A DNA stretch of 32,000 bases from Staphylothermus hellenicus DSM 12710 (GTDB taxonomy: Archaea; Thermoproteota; Thermoprotei_A; Sulfolobales; Desulfurococcaceae), in NCBI RefSeq assembly GCF_000092465.1, contig NC_014205.1:690001-722000 (forward strand), in the 5' to 3' direction. Made by a program: the position numbers and the translations under genes. Shown piece after piece: positions 8,718 to 15,854 of this stretch. Under the pieces are notes generated by a model. That model was not told the origin of the DNA. It searched no databases and was given only the letters and a program-made list of their open reading frames with translations. Position 1 is the stretch's first letter. Each line of letters starts with the position of its first letter.

Positions 8718-10049
8718 TTATTTGCTTGGGAAGTTCTCCGTTAAAGTGTTTAGTACTTCGTCTAACTTATCTGGATTTACCCATAATAGTTTGAGCTGGT
8801 CCCAGAACAGCTTCTGCCATTCACCACCCACGCTGTCGTCCAGGTCTGGTAGGGGAGTCATTGTTTTCAATTTCTTATAAACAACCTGCATAGGCGCCCA
8901 GTGATCATTTATGTCGACTTTAAGCCATGTAGCGAATTTGCCTGCATGTGTTCCTACATGAACTCTTTGTCCCTCAGTGGCTAACCACTTAGCTAATAAT
9001 TTGGCTTCTTCAGGATGCTTGGTATACTTTGGCACGAACAAATAATCTGTGGCCATAACCGCTCCTTTACAGCCCGGTAATGGGAAGAATCCTAGATCAT
9101 CTGGATCATCAACCATTCCAGTTATCCATGTACCCATGAAGTATAATGCATATTTACCGTTCCACCATTCCTCAACGGCTTTTGTCCACTCAATGGGCTC
9201 GCTGAAATATCCTTTTTTAATAAGTGGAACAATATAGTTTTCGAATATTTGTTTAACCTGTGGATCATTGAACTTTAACTCTCCATTTATTAGTTTCAAC
9301 TGCATATCCGGACCGCCGAATGTGATGATAAAGTGTTCTACAACATCACTTATAGGCCATCCAACACTATCCCCTGTAACTATTGGTGCTTCGATACCTG
9401 GTATTTGTTTTATTTTCTCAAGTAATTGTAGGAATTCATCCCATGTCTTAGGCTCAGATAAGCCGTGTTGTTTGAAGAATGATTTACGGTACCAGAATCC
9501 TGGCTTGGCAGATGCTGTGAATGGTAATCCATATATTTTATTGCCTGATTTAACAGGGTCGAATATGCCTTTTATGTATTCATCCGGGTTGACAAGGCCG
9601 CTTAGGTCCATTATGTGTCCCTTCTCGCCATATTCCTTTATCCACCAACCCCACATGAATATTACGTCTCCAGGCGCCATACCCGCTTCAAACTGTGGCG
9701 GTAAAATGCTTGCTAGATCCTCAGCACGATATATTCGGTACTCTACCTTTATGTTTGGATACTCCTCCATAAACTTGTTTAATACTTGTTGAAATGCTTC
9801 CATCTCCGCGCCTGCCCAAGGCCCTATCACTGTTAGTGTTACTTTCTTTGCTGGAGTGGCAGTTGTAGTTGTGGTTGTTGGAGTTGTTGCGGTTTTTGTG
9901 ACTGTGGTTGGTGATGGTTGTTGTGGAATAGTAAAATATCCTATACCGTATCCTATCAGTATTCCTACAATGAGCGAGATCGTTATTGCAAGATATAATT
10001 TAGATGATGTGGCCGTGCTCATGGTATTACCCGGAGGATTATTTATCAC
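8718..10049 (-). CDS. malE: Membrane-anchored extracellular sugar-binding protein (MalE-like, trehalose/maltose-binding type)
   Basis: N-terminal hydrophobic anchor (LYLAITISLIVGILIGYGIGYF) followed by a Thr-rich linker (TKTATTPTTTTTTATPAKK), then a family-1 solute-binding-protein-size domain. It is the first gene of the malEFGK-like operon. The track start at 10049 is GTG. The ATG at 10022 (MSTATSS) is an equally good or better start. Confidence 0.75.
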   Translation of the reverse strand: MINNPPGNTMSTATSSKLYLAITISLIVGILIGYGIGYFTIPQQPSPTTVTKTATTPTTTTTTATPAKKVTLTVIGPWAGAEMEAFQQVLNKFMEEYPNIKVEYRIYRAEDLASILPPQFEAGMAPGDVIFMWGWWIKEYGEKGHIMDLSGLVNPDEYIKGIFDPVKSGNKIYGLPFTASAKPGFWYRKSFFKQHGLSEPKTWDEFLQLLEKIKQIPGIEAPIVTGDSVGWPISDVVEHFIITFGGPDMQLKLINGELKFNDPQVKQIFENYIVPLIKKGYFSEPIEWTKAVEEWWNGKYALYFMGTWITGMVDDPDDLGFFPLPGCKGAVMATDYLFVPKYTKHPEEAKLLAKWLATEGQRVHVGTHAGKFATWLKVDINDHWAPMQVVYKKLKTMTPLPDLDDSVGGEWQKLFWDQLKLLWVNPDKLDEVLNTLTENFPSK

Positions 10050-10223
10050 TATTAAGTATATAATTTCCCCCTAATATATAAGCTTATTCATTCCACCAAT
10101 CTCCCACAAACAAGAAGATAGATTTTCTGAAAATAGTGGAGATCATGGTATGCTCTTATATGCTTAAAGATAAAAGTATAACGTAGAGTATTGAAGAAAA
10201 ACAAATTCTTTATAGTATTTTGC

Positions 10224-11216
10224 CTAGTGTTTGAAGAACGGTTTGAAGGGGATAATATCGGTCATAAGGAGCAATCCCGGTGATAGATCGTTTATTATGT
10301 TTGCAATGTTTAGAATAACTGCTACTGTTCCATAGTCTCCAGGTGTACCTGTACTATGCCATTTTACTTCGTAATCTGTCCCTTTAACAATAATTTCTTC
10401 GTATTCTTCCGCCCCGAGAAAAGCATGGAACTCTAACCGTATTATTTCTTTTCCATTCTTGTATCCTGCACCATATCCTCTTATGCCCATTACTTGTCCT
10501 TTCTTAACCCTATATTCTCCTATGACCGTATCCTTATCAGCTGTCACGGGCTCCTGTCTTTCCTCTACTTTATCCATATGGATCCCGGCAGCATCTGCTA
10601 TCAGATATACTGATTCAGCATATCCTACATGGCCTGTCAGCCTCCCCTCTCTTAGAGCCTTCACATATTCATTGGGATCCATTCCTACACCTATCTTTTT
10701 AACAAAGCTTTTCCTCCGCTTCGAAGCGTCTAGGCTTCGTTTCGCTGTTATTTTTTCCACAATATTGAATGGGGCTGTCAGCACTATTGGTAGGGTGTCT
10801 AGGAGAAATCCTGGATTAATACCCGTTCCCAGAACTGTTACTCCATAGCGGAGTGCTTCTTCATTAAGCTTCCTAGCTAATACTGGGTAACGGTAGTATG
10901 GGTATGAGAGAGTTTCACATGTTGAAACAGTATCTATTCCAAGCCTTATCAAACTAAGAATTTGATCATATACTTTATCGAGATAACTACTCGTAGCATG
11001 AACAACAACGTCAGCATCAATTAACTCCTCAACATCCCTAGTCACAGCCACACCATATTTCTCCTCAAAACCGAGAATTTCACCTATATCCCTACCAATA
11101 ATTCTTTCATCAATATCTACTGCACCAACAATTTCCCATCCACGCCTAATAGCTTCTCGTGCTACGAGGCGACCAATAGAGCCGAAACCATATATTCCAA
11201 TCCTCAACAACATCAC
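10224..11216 (-). CDS. NAD(P)-binding Rossmann-fold oxidoreductase, DapB-like / amine-dehydrogenase-like family
   Basis: N-terminal GxGxxG dinucleotide fold IGIYGFGSIGRLVAREA, followed by a DapB-N-like layout. About 330 aa. The specific substrate cannot be inferred from sequence alone. Confidence 0.5.
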   Translation of the reverse strand: MMLLRIGIYGFGSIGRLVAREAIRRGWEIVGAVDIDERIIGRDIGEILGFEEKYGVAVTRDVEELIDADVVVHATSSYLDKVYDQILSLIRLGIDTVSTCETLSYPYYRYPVLARKLNEEALRYGVTVLGTGINPGFLLDTLPIVLTAPFNIVEKITAKRSLDASKRRKSFVKKIGVGMDPNEYVKALREGRLTGHVGYAESVYLIADAAGIHMDKVEERQEPVTADKDTVIGEYRVKKGQVMGIRGYGAGYKNGKEIIRLEFHAFLGAEEYEEIIVKGTDYEVKWHSTGTPGDYGTVAVILNIANIINDLSPGLLLMTDIIPFKPFFKH

Positions 11217-11444
11217 CGGTAATTCTCTATTTTTAGATAAGAAAAAAAGATTAATTGAAAAGTATCAATAAGTTCTTCACGAAGAATTATATTCTATAAA
11301 ATGTTTTTTCACTATATTTTGAGGCTACATATTCGGAAAACATGATGATAAGCTCTAATAAAAGCTTACTATTGCAGCTCTGCAGCTAATTATTTTGTCT
11401 TTATTATTTCCTGCGACAATATATTTTCGTAACAAATAAGATGT

Positions 11445-12731
11445 TTGAAGGTGTGGTATATGTTCGTTAAGGATCTGAGATGTAGTAAGTGTGGTAGAAT
11501 ATATAGTTTAGAAGAGAAGCCGGTAATGTGTATAAACAAGGATCTTGGTAGACTCGATATACGCTACGACTATGAAGCAATAAAAAACGCTGTTAAACCA
11601 GAAGACTTGGCGAAAAGAGAATTTCATATGTGGAGATACAGGGAATTCTTGCCTGTGCCTAACGGGAAATATATTGTTAGCTTAGGCGAGGGGGGAACGC
11701 CTCTAATAAAAGCTGGTAGACTTGCCGAAAAGCTTGGATTAAAGAAGCTATACTTGAAGGATGAAACACGCAATCCTACCGGTAGCTTTAAGGATAGATG
11801 TATGAGTGTCTCAGTATCTATGGCTAAGTATTTCGGGTTTAAGAGAGCAGTGGTTGCCAGCAGCGGTAATGCTGCAGCTGCATTGGCTGCTTACGGGGCT
11901 AGAGCAGGTATCGAAGTATATGCTTTCGTTCCCGACTTCGCAGGGTATGGTAAGATCGCCCAGTTATTATTCTATGGTGCAAAAGTTTTCAGGGTTAAAT
12001 GGGTTGAAGCAGAGGATCCAACAGTTAAGATGATGAGATTATTAGCGGAGAAATACGGTTTCTATCCATCACCAAGTTTCGGACCATTTAATCCATACCA
12101 GATTGAAGGCCCAAAAACTATAGCTATGGAGATCGTTGAGCAATTAGGGTGGAATGTTCCTGACCAAGTATTCGTGCCAACCGGTGCCGCAAGCTTATTG
12201 ACAGGAGTCTATAATGGTTTTCGTGACTGGAACAATGTGGGATGGATAAATAAGTATCCTAGAATGGTTGCTGTACAGCCTGAGGGTAATCATCCATTTG
12301 TTAGAGCGTGGATGGAAAAAGTTGATCCAGATAAGATAAGGCCTTGGGAGAAACCTCCAAAAACCATTGCTACAGGTCTCGAAGATACTTTTCCATGGGA
12401 TGGAGATGCAGGGTTAAGAGCACTATATAATACTAATGGTTATGGAGTAGTAGTTAGTGATGAAGAAATACTGGAGGCTATGAAGCTTTTAGCTAGCTTA
12501 GAAGGATTGTTCGCAGAACCAAGCGGTGCAGCGGGTCTTGCAGGATTAATTAAGGCATTAGAGGATGGAGAAGTGGATAGAGATGAAACAGTAGTTGTGC
12601 TTGTAACAGGTCATGGTTTAAAGGATCCAGATATTGTCAAGAAGTCTGCTGGAGATGCACCAACTATAAATCCTGATCCACAAGAATTCTTTGTAAAAGC
12701 TAAAGAATTCTATAAAGTTGATTTCAACTAG
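11445..12731 (+). CDS. thrC: Threonine synthase (PLP fold-type II) with N-terminal zinc-ribbon
   Basis: PLP-lysine motif TGSFKDR, glycine-rich phosphate loop region, and N-terminal CSKCG...C ribbon. About 420 aa, as in archaeal ThrC. A more likely start is the ATG at 11460 (MFVKDLRC). Confidence 0.75.
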   Translation: MKVWYMFVKDLRCSKCGRIYSLEEKPVMCINKDLGRLDIRYDYEAIKNAVKPEDLAKREFHMWRYREFLPVPNGKYIVSLGEGGTPLIKAGRLAEKLGLKKLYLKDETRNPTGSFKDRCMSVSVSMAKYFGFKRAVVASSGNAAAALAAYGARAGIEVYAFVPDFAGYGKIAQLLFYGAKVFRVKWVEAEDPTVKMMRLLAEKYGFYPSPSFGPFNPYQIEGPKTIAMEIVEQLGWNVPDQVFVPTGAASLLTGVYNGFRDWNNVGWINKYPRMVAVQPEGNHPFVRAWMEKVDPDKIRPWEKPPKTIATGLEDTFPWDGDAGLRALYNTNGYGVVVSDEEILEAMKLLASLEGLFAEPSGAAGLAGLIKALEDGEVDRDETVVVLVTGHGLKDPDIVKKSAGDAPTINPDPQEFFVKAKEFYKVDFN

Positions 12732-12765
12732 TTTTTCTTCTCCTTATCTATTTTTATTTTTGCTT
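12732..12765 (+). terminator. Oligo-T tracts downstream of thrC (candidate archaeal terminator)
   Basis: GTTTTTCTTCTCCTTATCTATTTTTATTTTTGC lies immediately after the thrC stop. Archaeal termination commonly uses T-runs. No experimental support. Confidence 0.3.
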
Positions 12766-12785
12766 AGAATCAAATTACTGAGTTT

Positions 12786-13106
12786 TTAATGGGAGTATAA
12801 AAGTTCAATAATGGTATCAGTATCTTTTACATATATTACTCTTGTTCTCCTATAATTATTTCTGGCTGTGTTTAAGGCGTTCTCTTTCCCAACTAGTTCA
12901 ATAAAATTCTTTGTCGGCTTATGTTTGCTACTACTTATTTTGAACGGTTTCTTTAATAAGAATCCTTTACCAATTACTGCTACTGGGTAATCGTTTTTCC
13001 TATAGTAATGCGGACTATACGTTATCTTAGGATATTTTCCTATAATATTTTCCCATCCAACCTTAAAAATATCTATTATTTCATCAACTATTATTCCCGT
13101 TTGTCC
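12786..13106 (-). CDS. 3' segment of an interrupted hypothetical gene (106 codons, open, no start codon)
   Basis: My hand translation of the minus strand gives GQTGIIVDEIIDIFKVGWENIIGKYPKITYSPHYYRKNDYPVAVIGKGFLLKKPFKISSSKHKPTKNFIELVGKENALNTARNNYRRTRVIYVKDTDTIIELLYSH*. It has no in-frame ATG, GTG or TTG, which explains its absence from the ORF track. It is in the same frame as ORF 13278..13790 (both low coordinates are divisible by 3). Confidence 0.6.
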   Translation of the reverse strand, partial: GQTGIIVDEIIDIFKVGWENIIGKYPKITYSPHYYRKNDYPVAVIGKGFLLKKPFKISSSKHKPTKNFIELVGKENALNTARNNYRRTRVIYVKDTDTIIELLYSH

Positions 13107-13292
13107 CTACCGTATCATTTTACATATTTATGTACTTGTTTGTATCTGCGGTAGGGACTTCCGCCTCTCCCATAGTCTTTTTCTCGATGACTATGGGGTC
13201 ATGGGCGGCTGTCGAGGCCAACGGCACGGGCCTCCCATCTACAGTGAACCTCTAGGGGTCTCGGAGCATTGCTCCCATCAACCCCTAGAGAC
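13103..13292. other. GC-rich structured insert separating the two halves of the gene (candidate intron, structured RNA or miniature mobile element)
   Basis: Four perfect stem-loops. (1) 13103-13112 pairs with 13149-13158. (2) 13161-13165 pairs with 13204-13208, enclosing 13169-13177 paired with 13189-13197. (3) 13214-13219 pairs with 13229-13234. (4) 13250-13258 pairs with 13282-13290, enclosing 13263-13267 paired with 13271-13275. G+C is about 59% over 13149-13292 by hand count, in an AT-rich background. Five stop codons fall in the host gene frame. Confidence 0.6.
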
Positions 13293-13790
13293 ATAAACCA
13301 ATACAAGAAAATACAATCTGAAATACTTAAAGTTTTCTGCCCCAACAATGAATATGCCTGCTTTACCATTAACTAGTGAATCCCTAAAGGCTTTCTTTAT
13401 TTCACGCAATCCTCTTCTCTTAGACCAGAATTTTTCCGGGTATTCGGCGAGTCCAGCCATAAACAATAAAAGATCGTTTTCCTCGAGCTTCTTGCCTTTT
13501 TTATGTGGGAGTCTTCCCTTCGGCATATAGTATCCAGTATAAATTCCTAGATCTAGGCGGGGATCATTGTGTATGGGGTTATTATCGTGTTCAACTGGAT
13601 AAAACTTTGAAAACTTTTCACCAGTGCATTGATCAATTATTTTCCCAGGCTGTAGATGGAGTGGTATTTCTCTAAGCCTATATGGATCTTCAGGTATTGG
13701 CAACAATGTATAACATTTCCTATATAACGGTGAGTAATAGCCTCCGTTACTTGTCTCCAGGAATGCTCTCAGAATTAATAGTTTAGCCAT
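13278..13790 (-). CDS. 5' segment of the interrupted hypothetical gene
   Basis: ORF-track protein MAKLLILRAFLETSNGGYYSPLYRK...GIFIVGAE... Its last ~20 codons (NFKYFRLYFLVLVYVSRG*) run into the insert and stop at TGA 13278-13280. I recognise no family signature with confidence. Confidence 0.55.
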   Translation of the reverse strand: MAKLLILRAFLETSNGGYYSPLYRKCYTLLPIPEDPYRLREIPLHLQPGKIIDQCTGEKFSKFYPVEHDNNPIHNDPRLDLGIYTGYYMPKGRLPHKKGKKLEENDLLLFMAGLAEYPEKFWSKRRGLREIKKAFRDSLVNGKAGIFIVGAENFKYFRLYFLVLVYVSRG

Positions 13791-13801
13791 TCATAGTCTC
13801 C

Positions 13802-14977
13802 TCAAGCACTTATTTTCGATAATAGTTTTTTGAGAATAAATGGTGTTGAAAGACTCGTTACATATATTAGTATTAGAGCTGATAAGTATAGCTCCATTGT
13901 TAAGACCCCAATAGTTAATCCTACAACAGCTATTACGAGATCAACACCTGCTCTAGGCATCATGCCGACACCTATGGTTAGAGATGATTTCTTATCTATC
14001 CTCAATAAATAAGCTGTGCCTCCACAACCCACTATTTTACCGACTATTCCAGAAGCAACTATTGCTAGCACAACACCTATTGTTTCCACTAAATTAATTT
14101 TGCCAATTACAATCCATGGATTCAACAATATACCGGCATATACGAAGAAGAACGGGGAAATTATTTGTACAAGTATCTCTAAAAAATCCCTTGTCCGAGC
14201 ACTTTTAACGACTCTACTCATAGCTAATCCTCCCAGATAAGCTCCTGGGAGAGGAGATAAGCCAAAATAAGCTGATATTATGGACATTCCAATACCAATC
14301 ATTAATAAGTGTATTATAGGGGCATCAACAAGTCTTGAACGCATTATTAACTTGTTGAACAGCTTGTTTGAAGAATAATAGAGGATTATGAACAATGAAA
14401 AAATAACTGCTAATCCTATACTGATCATAATTATTGATTCATGTCTTATTTCACCATAGAAAGCAATACTGGATACTAACGCGAAAAGTATCATGGCTAT
14501 TACATCATCCGCGAATGCTGCACCCAAAATTATTTCTCCGACCCGTGAACGTATGACTCCTAGTTCGAGTAGGGTCATGGTTGTAACACTGACGCTTGTA
14601 GGCGAGAGAATTGTCGCAATAAATAATGATGTTATTAAGCTATAATTGAAAAACAAAGCAATAATGAAGGCTAGGCCAAAAGTTAAAGCTACCCCGCCCA
14701 AAGCAACCATTATAGCGTCGAAACCATATTTCTTAGCAGTATCAATATCGGTTTCCAGCCCAGCAAGGAATATTAAGATAACTATACCTAACCATCCAAC
14801 TACTTCGACATTATGAGTAACAGTTATTAATCCAAGAATGCTGGGACCAACAATTATACCAGCCAAAAGATCCCCCAGTATCGGGGGCTGACCTATACGA
14901 GCCAAGATCTCCTCCAATATCTTAGCCATAAAAATAACAATAGCTAGATCAACAAGTATCATTAACTCATTAGCCAA
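13802..14977 (-). CDS. Cation:proton antiporter (CPA2, Kef/NapA-type Na+/H+ exchanger)
   Basis: About 390 aa with 11-13 predicted hydrophobic helices. The N-terminal region (PPILGDLLAGIIVGPSILG, LIFLAGLETD) is typical of the sodium/hydrogen exchanger family. Confidence 0.8.
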   Translation of the reverse strand: MANELMILVDLAIVIFMAKILEEILARIGQPPILGDLLAGIIVGPSILGLITVTHNVEVVGWLGIVILIFLAGLETDIDTAKKYGFDAIMVALGGVALTFGLAFIIALFFNYSLITSLFIATILSPTSVSVTTMTLLELGVIRSRVGEIILGAAFADDVIAMILFALVSSIAFYGEIRHESIIMISIGLAVIFSLFIILYYSSNKLFNKLIMRSRLVDAPIIHLLMIGIGMSIISAYFGLSPLPGAYLGGLAMSRVVKSARTRDFLEILVQIISPFFFVYAGILLNPWIVIGKINLVETIGVVLAIVASGIVGKIVGCGGTAYLLRIDKKSSLTIGVGMMPRAGVDLVIAVVGLTIGVLTMELYLSALILIYVTSLSTPFILKKLLSKISA

Positions 14978-15108
14978 AACCTATACGCCCCATACTGTTT
15001 AACTATTAATGCATAGATTATTAAATTATTTTAGAAAATAAATAAAATCCCATAAAGAACAAATACAATAGGATAAGATAAAATGATCACTTTGGAGAGC
15101 GGGGCAGA

Positions 15109-15813
15109 ATGATCAAGCTTGTATCATTCGATATATGGAAGACACTTCTAGATACAATGAAATTCTACCAATTAATATCTGAGAAGTTATCAAGCCAAAC
15201 AGGAAAACCAATAGAGAATGTGCATGAAGAATTAATAAATGCATACAACGCAGCTATAGAAGCTAGGCTTAAAGGCTTATTTAAAAAACCAGTTTATGAT
15301 TCCGCCAAGTTTTTCGCTGAGAAACTCGGGATTAGCATTGATGATTTATTTAAAGCAACTGTTCAAGCAATCCTTGATGAGAGAATAAAAAATATTCGAT
15401 TCCCAGACTCTGAGCAAGCACTAAAGGAATTGAAAAGCAGAAACTTGAAAATAGCTTTTCTAGGAAACGTATTGTTCTGGCCTGGAATGGCTACGAGAAT
15501 CATATTGGAACAGAATAAACTGCTAAAATACGCTGATATAACACTATTCGGAGACGAGATAGGTGTTCAGAAACCTGATAAAGAAGTATTTAAAATACTA
15601 GCTGATCTAGCTAATTGCAAGGTTGATGAAATACTTCACGTAGGTGATAGCTTAGTAAACGACTTCGCCGGAGCATTAATTGCTGGAACAAGAGCAGCAC
15701 TAATAAAAAGAGAAATGAAAAATGAAATCATTATATTAAACAATAAAGCATACATTATAAACAGTTTAATGAAGGTTCCGGAAATAGTGGATTTAATGAA
15801 CAGCTATAAATAA
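15109..15813 (+). CDS. HAD-superfamily hydrolase, subfamily IA (haloacid dehalogenase-like)
   Basis: Motif I is SFDIWKTLLDT. The second Asp is replaced, as in the dehalogenase-type FDxxGTL motif. Motif IV is HVGDSLVNDFAGA. About 234 aa. Confidence 0.7.
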   Translation: MIKLVSFDIWKTLLDTMKFYQLISEKLSSQTGKPIENVHEELINAYNAAIEARLKGLFKKPVYDSAKFFAEKLGISIDDLFKATVQAILDERIKNIRFPDSEQALKELKSRNLKIAFLGNVLFWPGMATRIILEQNKLLKYADITLFGDEIGVQKPDKEVFKILADLANCKVDEILHVGDSLVNDFAGALIAGTRAALIKREMKNEIIILNNKAYIINSLMKVPEIVDLMNSYK

Positions 15814-15854
15814 GTTGTTTCATTTATAACTCCATTTTTAAACACTATATATTA

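Noticed and set aside
10044-10062. Possible full Thermococcales glycolytic motif (TATCAC-N5-GTGATA) or TACT-N3-AGTA TrmB operator at the malE-like promoter
   Set aside because: The minus strand reads TATACT-TAATA-GTGATA. Only one half-site matches, so the sequence is not palindromic, and the TACT/AGTA spacing is wrong. Only the shared half-site 10-mer is reported.
11342-11348. ATGATGA (C-box-like) in the DapB-like/thrC intergenic region
   Set aside because: No CTGA D box or C'/D' pair occurs within the following ~70 nt, so a C/D-box sRNA is not supported.
13214-13295. Plus-strand hairpins followed by ACA (GGCCTCCCATCTACA and CCCCTAGAGACA), suggesting an H/ACA guide RNA
   Set aside because: The internal loops are only 4 and 6 nt, the upper stem is 5 bp with a 3-nt loop, and no K-turn or K-loop (GA pairs) is visible. 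This does not fit archaeal H/ACA architecture, and the ACA triplets may be coincidental.
13090-13310. Canonical bulge-helix-bulge (3-nt bulge, 4-bp helix, 3-nt bulge) at the putative exon-insert junctions; also a tRNA or C/D-box reading of the GC-rich block
   Set aside because: By eye I find only a 7-bp + 4-bp closing helix with a single 2-nt bulge. I see no cloverleaf, no T-arm GTTCRANYC, and no RUGAUGA/CUGA box pair. The intron idea is kept as a hypothesis, but the canonical motifs are not claimed.
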